Source: a virus. Taken from it: a stretch of 64,000 bases of DNA. The stretch is from the IMG/VR virus record IMGVR_UViG_2556921039_000001; one strand, given 5' to 3'. How positions within the stretch are numbered: the first letter of the stretch is position 1; each line of letters begins with the position of its first letter. The notes below the pieces were generated by a model, which saw only the letters and a list, made by a program, of their open reading frames with translations, was not told the DNA's origin and did no database searches. The position numbers were made by a program, and so were the translations under genes. This document shows positions 58,408-64,000 of the stretch, piece by piece.

Positions 58408-59307
58408 ATGCTTGAAACGAGATTCGGGATCGAGGTAGAATTTACAGGTATTACAAGGGCGCAGGCGGCAAAGGTCGCCGCGGAGTTTTTGGGCGGGAGG
58501 GTCGAAAGCGGCAGCGACTACTACAACACGCAGAAAGTTATCGCGCCGGACGGACGGGTTTGGAAATTCATGAGCGACGGGAGCATCCGGACGCAGAAAA
58601 AGGAACGCGGCCGGATTGTGGAGGCGGGCTGGGAATACAGCGTGGAGCTGGTAAGCCCCATACTCACCTACCGGGAGGACATTGAAACCCTGCAGGAGCT
58701 GATCAGGAGGTTCCGCAAGGCGGGCGGCTTCAGCAACAGCAGTGCAGGAATTCATGTCCATCTTGACAGCGCAAACCACACGCCAAGAAGCATCCGCAAC
58801 TTCATCAACATCATTGCCAGCAAGAACGACCTGCTCTACAAGGCGCTGCAGATTGAGCCGGAAAGGATGCGTTTTTGCAAGAAGATGGACGCGGCGCTGG
58901 TGGAGAAGATAAACCGCCGCAAGCCGAAGACCATGGCGGCCATTGAGAGCATCTGGTATGAGGGTTACAGCGAAAGCCGCAGCCAGCGATATCATGGAAG
59001 TCGGTACTATTTTCTCAATCTGCACAGCTTTTTCAACGGCAACGGTACGATCGAGCTTCGCGGCTTCAACAGCGAACTCCACGCCGGGATAATAAGGAGC
59101 TACATCGTCCTTGCCTTGGCGCTCAACCATCAGGCGCTGACGCAAAAATGCGCTTCCAGCAAAAAGCCGCAGGTCGAGAACGAGAAGTTTGCCATGCGGA
59201 CATATCTCAACCGCATAGGACTTATTGGTGATGAGTTCAAAAATTGTCGGGAGCACCTTTGCAAACACTTGGGCGGCAACGCGGCATGGCGGTTTCGGGC
59301 GGCATAG
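58408..59307 (+). CDS. Amidoligase (COOH-NH2 ligase type 2, glutamine-synthetase-like fold)
   Basis: FGIEVEF, SDGSI, VELVSP, GIHVHL, TIELR. Confidence 0.88.
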   Translation: MLETRFGIEVEFTGITRAQAAKVAAEFLGGRVESGSDYYNTQKVIAPDGRVWKFMSDGSIRTQKKERGRIVEAGWEYSVELVSPILTYREDIETLQELIRRFRKAGGFSNSSAGIHVHLDSANHTPRSIRNFINIIASKNDLLYKALQIEPERMRFCKKMDAALVEKINRRKPKTMAAIESIWYEGYSESRSQRYHGSRYYFLNLHSFFNGNGTIELRGFNSELHAGIIRSYIVLALALNHQALTQKCASSKKPQVENEKFAMRTYLNRIGLIGDEFKNCREHLCKHLGGNAAWRFRAA

Positions 59308-59368
59308 ATAGACAAGCGCAGGGGCGGATCTCCGCCCCTGCCTTGGTAAATACAAGGAGGATGATACG

Positions 59369-59863
59369 ATGAGCAAAGAAAAAGGAACCATATATTTAGC
59401 ATACGGAAGCAATCTGAACTTAAGGCAGATGGCATACCGCTGCCCGACGGCAAAAGTGCTGGGGAGTGCAAAACTCACAGGCTACCGGCTGTTATTCCGG
59501 GGCGGCAATGGAGGCGCGGTGGCGACGATAGAAAGGCAAAAAGGCGGAAGCGTGCCGGTACTGCTCTGGAGAATCACGCCTTATGACGAGGAAGCGCTGG
59601 ACCGCTATGAAGGCTATCCGCATCTATACCGGAAAGAAACGGTTAAGGTGCGTTTCAAAGGACAGTGGTTGTCCGCAATGGTGTATATCATGGATGAAGG
59701 TAGACATTTGGGAGCACCGGGTCGTTACTATTACGAGGTAATCCGGCAGGGATATATGGACGCGGGCTTTGATATTTCCGTTCTCAATAAAGCGGTGCGG
59801 GATTCGGCGGCGCAGGAGACGGGAGATATAGGGAAAGACGCCGCCGGCATAGAAATTTCATAG
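59369..59863 (+). CDS. Gamma-glutamylcyclotransferase (AIG2-like)
   Basis: YLAYGSNLN...QMAYRCP...LDRYEGYP...Y. Confidence 0.9.
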   Translation: MSKEKGTIYLAYGSNLNLRQMAYRCPTAKVLGSAKLTGYRLLFRGGNGGAVATIERQKGGSVPVLLWRITPYDEEALDRYEGYPHLYRKETVKVRFKGQWLSAMVYIMDEGRHLGAPGRYYYEVIRQGYMDAGFDISVLNKAVRDSAAQETGDIGKDAAGIEIS

Positions 59864-59879
59864 AAATCCACTTGATGAG

Positions 59880-59907
59880 AGGAACTTCGTAAGGAGGTTC
59901 CTTTTTT
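59880..59907 (+). terminator. Intrinsic terminator closing the amidoligase module
   Basis: AGGAACTTC-GTAAG-GAGGTTCCT followed by a T-run. Confidence 0.7.
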
Positions 59908-59939
59908 CTTGTTCACTTTCAGGAAGGGAGGCGGCAAAG

Positions 59940-61544
59940 CTGCGGAAGTTAAAGCGATATAAGCCAACCAAGTTTATGGCGGAAGGTTCCCGATACGACA
60001 AGGAAGCGGCGGACGCCGCCGTTGCCTTTATAAACTGCCTGAAGCATACCAAGGGCGAATGGTACGGGATGCCCTTTGAGCTTATTGACTGGCAGGAGCA
60101 GATTGTCCGGGATATATTCGGCGTCTTGAAACCGAACGGATACCGGCAGTTCAACACTGCCTATATAGAAATCCCAAAAAAACAGGGGAAGAGCGAGCTT
60201 GCGGCGGCCATCGCCTTATACCTTACCTGCGGTGATTTCGAGCATGGCGGCGAGGTTTACGGATGTGCATCTGACCGTCAGCAGGCATCCATTGTTTTCG
60301 ATGTTGCAGTAGATATGGTGGAACAGTGTCCGGCATTAAAGTCTCGAATTAAACCAATGCTGTCGCAGAAGCGGCTGGTATATAAACCGTTAGGCAGTTT
60401 TTATCAGGTGCTTTCAGCGGAGGCATATACGAAACATGGGCTAAACGTCCATGGTGTGGTATTTGACGAACTTCATGCCCAGCCAAACAGGGATCTTTAT
60501 GATGTAATGCTTCACGGATCTGGCGATGCAAGAAAACAGCCGCTGTTTTTCCTGATTACAACTGCTGGCACAGACCGCAATTCCATCTGCTGGGAAGTAC
60601 ATCAAAAGGCTGAGGATATTCTTCAAGGGCGTAAGATAGATCCGACTTTCTACCCTGTTATCTACAGCGCAGCCGATACCGATGACTGGACAAGTGAAAA
60701 GGTATGGAGAAAGGTTAACCCGTCACTGGGCATTACAGTCGACATCGAAAAATTGAGGGTGGCTTGTGAAAATGCCAAGCAAAATCCTGCAGAGGAAAAT
60801 TTATTCCGTCAGCTCCGCTTAAATCAGTGGGTGAAACAATCGGTGCGCTGGATGCCAATGGATAAATGGGATAAGTGTGCGTTTCCTGTTGATGCAGAAA
60901 AATTGCGCGGCAGAACCTGTTACGGAGGACTTGACCTGTCATCTACTACCGATATTACCGCCTTTGTGCTGGTGTTTCCACCGCTTGATGAATCTGATAA
61001 ATATCAGATTCTACCTTTTTTCTGGATACCGGAGGAGAATATTGATCAGCGTGTGCGGAGAGATCATGTGCCTTATGATGTCTGGGAGAGGCAAGGCTTT
61101 TTATATACCACTGAGGGTAACGTCGTGCATTATGGCTTTATCGAAACCTTTATTGAGGAACTCGGAATGAAATATAACATTAAGGAAATAGCCTTTGACC
61201 GCTGGGGCGCAATTCAGATGACGCAAAACCTCGAGGCTTTGGGGTTTACGGTTGTTCCATTCGGTCAGGGTTTCAAGGATATGTCGCCGCCTACAAAAGA
61301 GTTGATGAAGCTGACATTGGAAGAACGCATCGCCCATGGTGGTAATCCAGTACTGCGGTGGATGATGGACAATATCTATGTCAAAACCGATCCCGCCGGA
61401 AACATTAAGCCGGATAAAGAAAAATCCACCGAGAGAATAGATGGTGCGGTAGCGTTAATTATGGCGCTTGACCGCGCGTTAAGGCATGACGGGGATGAAC
61501 GCAACGGATCAATTTATGATGAAAGGGGGCTGTTGATTATATGA
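59940..61544 (+). CDS. Terminase large subunit
   Basis: IPKKQGKSEL, VVFDELH, TTAG, GGLDLS, DRWG, ERIDGAVALIMA; start may be CTG 59940 or ATG 59976. Confidence 0.95.
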   Translation: MRKLKRYKPTKFMAEGSRYDKEAADAAVAFINCLKHTKGEWYGMPFELIDWQEQIVRDIFGVLKPNGYRQFNTAYIEIPKKQGKSELAAAIALYLTCGDFEHGGEVYGCASDRQQASIVFDVAVDMVEQCPALKSRIKPMLSQKRLVYKPLGSFYQVLSAEAYTKHGLNVHGVVFDELHAQPNRDLYDVMLHGSGDARKQPLFFLITTAGTDRNSICWEVHQKAEDILQGRKIDPTFYPVIYSAADTDDWTSEKVWRKVNPSLGITVDIEKLRVACENAKQNPAEENLFRQLRLNQWVKQSVRWMPMDKWDKCAFPVDAEKLRGRTCYGGLDLSSTTDITAFVLVFPPLDESDKYQILPFFWIPEENIDQRVRRDHVPYDVWERQGFLYTTEGNVVHYGFIETFIEELGMKYNIKEIAFDRWGAIQMTQNLEALGFTVVPFGQGFKDMSPPTKELMKLTLEERIAHGGNPVLRWMMDNIYVKTDPAGNIKPDKEKSTERIDGAVALIMALDRALRHDGDERNGSIYDERGLLII

Positions 61545-62812
61545 GTGTATTTTCCCGTTTGTTCAAAGCAAGGGATAAGCCGAAAAACAGCCTGTTCGGT
61601 AATGCATATAGCTTTTTCTTCGGCGGCACATCCAGCGGAAAAGCTGTCAATGAGCGGACTGCTATGCAGACAACTGCAGTGTATGCCTGTGTAAGGATAC
61701 TTGCAGAAGCCATCGCCGGGCTTCCGCTTCATGTGTACCGCTATAAAGAAGACGGTGGCAAAGAAAAAGCGCTGACCCACCCGCTCTATTATTTACTCCA
61801 TGACGAACCAAACCCTGAGATGACTTCATTCGTGTTCCGAGAAACACTGATGAGTCATCTTCTTTTATGGGGAAATGCTTACGCTCAAATTATTAGGGAC
61901 GGTTCCGGACGAGTGCTGGCGCTTTATCCACTTTTGCCAAACAAAATGACGGTAGACAGGGCTCCAAACGGAGAACTGTTTTACACTTATCGGCGCGACA
62001 GCGATGAGAGCAGGGTTAATCCAAAAGCAGGCCTTATATACCTACGAAGTGATGAGGTTCTTCACATCCCGGGACTCGGTTTTGACGGACTGATCGGATA
62101 CTCCCCTATTGCTATGGCCAAGAACGCCATAGGCATGGCTATTGCCTGTGAGGAGTATGGTGCATCCTTTTTTGCCAATGGTGCAAATCCGGGTGGCGTT
62201 CTGGAACATCCCGGCGTATTAAAGGATCCGGCAAAGGTGCGAGAAAGCTGGAACGCTGTTTATCAAGGCAGTGCCAACGCCCACCGCATTGCCGTTCTGG
62301 AAGAGGGCATGAAATTCCAGCAGATCGGCATCCCGCCGGAGCAGGCACAGTTTTTGGAGACAAGAAAGTTCCAGATAAACGAAATTGCCCGGATATTCCG
62401 CGTGCCTCCCCATATGGTTGGAGACCTTGAGAAGTCGAGCTTTTCAAACATCGAGCAGCAGTCGCTGGAGTTTGTCAAATATACACTTGATCCATGGGTG
62501 GTGCGATGGGAGCAGGCCATCCAAAAGGCGCTGCTTTTGCCGTCGGAGAAGCGGACATACTTTGTCAAGTTCAACGTGGACGGCCTTCTGCGCGGGGATT
62601 ATGCCAGCCGCATGAACGGCTATGCCGTGGCGCGCCAGAACGGCTGGATGTCGGCCAACGATATCCGTGAGCTTGAGAACATGAACCGCATTCCCGCGGA
62701 ACTGGGCGGCGACCTGTATCTCATCAACGGCAATATGCTTCCGCTGTCGCAAGCAGGCAATTTTTATGATAAGGAGGCAGATAAGAATGCAAGCAAAAAT
62801 GCGGGCAGATAA
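61541..62812 (+). CDS. HK97-family portal protein
   Basis: VYACVRIL, LLWGNAY, GYSPI, IARIFRVPPHMVG. Confidence 0.95.
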   Translation: MSVFSRLFKARDKPKNSLFGNAYSFFFGGTSSGKAVNERTAMQTTAVYACVRILAEAIAGLPLHVYRYKEDGGKEKALTHPLYYLLHDEPNPEMTSFVFRETLMSHLLLWGNAYAQIIRDGSGRVLALYPLLPNKMTVDRAPNGELFYTYRRDSDESRVNPKAGLIYLRSDEVLHIPGLGFDGLIGYSPIAMAKNAIGMAIACEEYGASFFANGANPGGVLEHPGVLKDPAKVRESWNAVYQGSANAHRIAVLEEGMKFQQIGIPPEQAQFLETRKFQINEIARIFRVPPHMVGDLEKSSFSNIEQQSLEFVKYTLDPWVVRWEQAIQKALLLPSEKRTYFVKFNVDGLLRGDYASRMNGYAVARQNGWMSANDIRELENMNRIPAELGGDLYLINGNMLPLSQAGNFYDKEADKNASKNAGR

Positions 62813-63551
62813 GCCCCAAAACCCGCAAAACCCGGAGCGCGGATTGGGTCCAGCGTCACGCTGGTGGAACTGGGTGCAAAACGATGACGGCAGCCGGACT
62901 CTGTACCTTGACGGGCCCATAGCCGAGGAAAGCTGGCTTGGAGACGAAGTAACTCCCAAGCAGTTCAAATCGGAGCTGTTGTCCGGAGAGGGAGACATAA
63001 CGATCTGGATCAACAGCCCGGGCGGCGATGTATTTGCGGCCAATCAGATTTACAACATGCTGATGGATTACAAAGGCAAGGTCACCGTAAAGATTGACGG
63101 TATTGCGGCCAGCGCCGCGTCGGTCATTGCCATGGCCGGAGGCGACGTCTTCATGTCGCCGGTATCCATGATGATGATCCACAACCCGATGACCATAGCC
63201 ATCGGCGATACGGAGGAGATGGAGAAAGCCATCGCGATGCTGGAGGAGATCAAGGAATCCATCATCAACGCCTATGAGCTGAAAACCGGGCTATCCAGGG
63301 CGAAAATATCGCACCTTATGGATGCCGAAAGCTGGTTTAATGCAAGGAAAGCGGTGGAACTGGGCTTTGCCGACGGCATCCTGTTTATGGAGGACGAATC
63401 GTCCCCTTCCGAGTTTGAAATATCTGAGGGGATGATCTTTAGTCGGCAGGCTGTTACTAATTCCATCCTGCAAAAGCTTGCATATAAAGAAAAACCAAAA
63501 GGAACCCCGGTTGAGTCGCTTGAAAAGCGGCTTTATTTATTAAAACCATAA
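62787..63551 (+). CDS. ClpP-type head maturation protease
   Basis: WINSPGGDV, GIAASAAS, MMIHNP, WFNARKAVELGFAD. Confidence 0.93.
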   Translation: MQAKMRADKPQNPQNPERGLGPASRWWNWVQNDDGSRTLYLDGPIAEESWLGDEVTPKQFKSELLSGEGDITIWINSPGGDVFAANQIYNMLMDYKGKVTVKIDGIAASAASVIAMAGGDVFMSPVSMMMIHNPMTIAIGDTEEMEKAIAMLEEIKESIINAYELKTGLSRAKISHLMDAESWFNARKAVELGFADGILFMEDESSPSEFEISEGMIFSRQAVTNSILQKLAYKEKPKGTPVESLEKRLYLLKP

Positions 63552-63565
63552 GGAGGAATTCGACC

Positions 63566-64000
63566 ATGAGCAAAATACTGGAACTGCGCGAAAAACGCGC
63601 GAAAGCCTGGGAAGCGGCCAAGACTTTCCTCGACGGCAAACGCGGAAGCGACGGGCTGCTTTCACCTGAGGACACCGCAACTTATGAGAGAATGGAAGCC
63701 GACGTTATTGCGCTGGGCAAGGAAATCGAACGGCTGGAGCGCCAGGCCGCCATTGACCTGGAACTGTCAAAGCCGGTCAGCAATCCCATCACCAACAAAC
63801 CCGCTCCTCAAGGCGAAACCAAAACCGGCAGGGCAACTGACGAGTATAGGAACGCGTTTTGGAAGGCCATGCGCAACAAGCTCAGTTTTGACGTACAGAA
63901 CGCCTTGCAGGTAGGAACTGAAAGCGAAGGCGGGTATCTTGTGCCCGACGAATTTGAGCGTACTCTTGTGGAGGCGCTGGAAGAGGAGAATATCTTCCGC
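63566..64000 (+). CDS. HK97-type major capsid protein (5' part, runs off the window)
   Basis: AGGAGG RBS; MSKILELREKRAKAWE...delta coiled coil...SEGGYLVPDEFE. Confidence 0.9.
   Translation, partial: MSKILELREKRAKAWEAAKTFLDGKRGSDGLLSPEDTATYERMEADVIALGKEIERLERQAAIDLELSKPVSNPITNKPAPQGETKTGRATDEYRNAFWKAMRNKLSFDVQNALQVGTESEGGYLVPDEFERTLVEALEEENIFR

Larger units (their letters stand above)
31780..64000 (+). mobile_element. Prophage (HK97-type head module; right end outside window), probably defective
   Basis: Replication, packaging and head genes; left arm with defence cargo begins just after the rlmD tail; helicase frameshifted. Confidence 0.88.

Noticed and set aside
58345-59478. 377-aa minus-strand ORF
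   Set aside because: Antisense shadow of the GC-rich amidoligase gene; no motifs or RBS
1-64000. CRISPR arrays, tRNA, rRNA, reverse transcriptase/retron or DGR
   Set aside because: No repeat-spacer arrays, cloverleafs, rRNA-like tracts or YxDD-type RT ORFs were seen by eye; tRNAscan/cmscan were not run

Overview
The window is AT-rich Firmicutes (Clostridia-like) accessory DNA. It holds two tandem mobile elements joined at a 3' fragment of the 23S rRNA methyltransferase gene rlmD/rumA (HVECVTLMSRV*, 31775-31810). (1) 1-~31780 is the right part of an ICE. It starts with the end of the conjugation module (VirB4-like ATPase). A ~21 kb co-oriented defence cargo follows: DUF4062 protein, type I RM with an embedded KilA-N gene, a Druantia-III-like pair (large unknown protein plus DUF1998 helicase), and a catalytically inactive RsAgo-like long-B Argonaute coupled to a 2-TM protein. 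Then come an ImmR/ImmA-type switch, an activator and sigma70-r4-like cascade, a candidate ~390-nt structured non-coding RNA, and a large serine recombinase. (2) ~31780-64000 is a prophage. Its leftward arm carries a Lamassu/ABC-three-component system and a type III RM whose mod gene is split by an IS3 element (3-bp CAT duplication). Rightward are the replication genes (SNF2 helicase broken by an 8-bp insertion in Walker A, SSB-like protein, PolA, primase-helicase, GGTAAC iteron origin), the packaging genes, two ParB-methyltransferases, and HK97-type terminase/portal/ClpP/capsid genes. Among them is a self-contained GC-rich module pairing an amidoligase and a gamma-glutamylcyclotransferase with a catalytically dead amidoligase paralog. 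The best leads are the amidoligase/pseudo-amidoligase/GGCT module, the ICE structured RNA, and the RM-Druantia-like-pAgo-TM cluster. All family assignments come from motif recognition by eye; no database searches were run.
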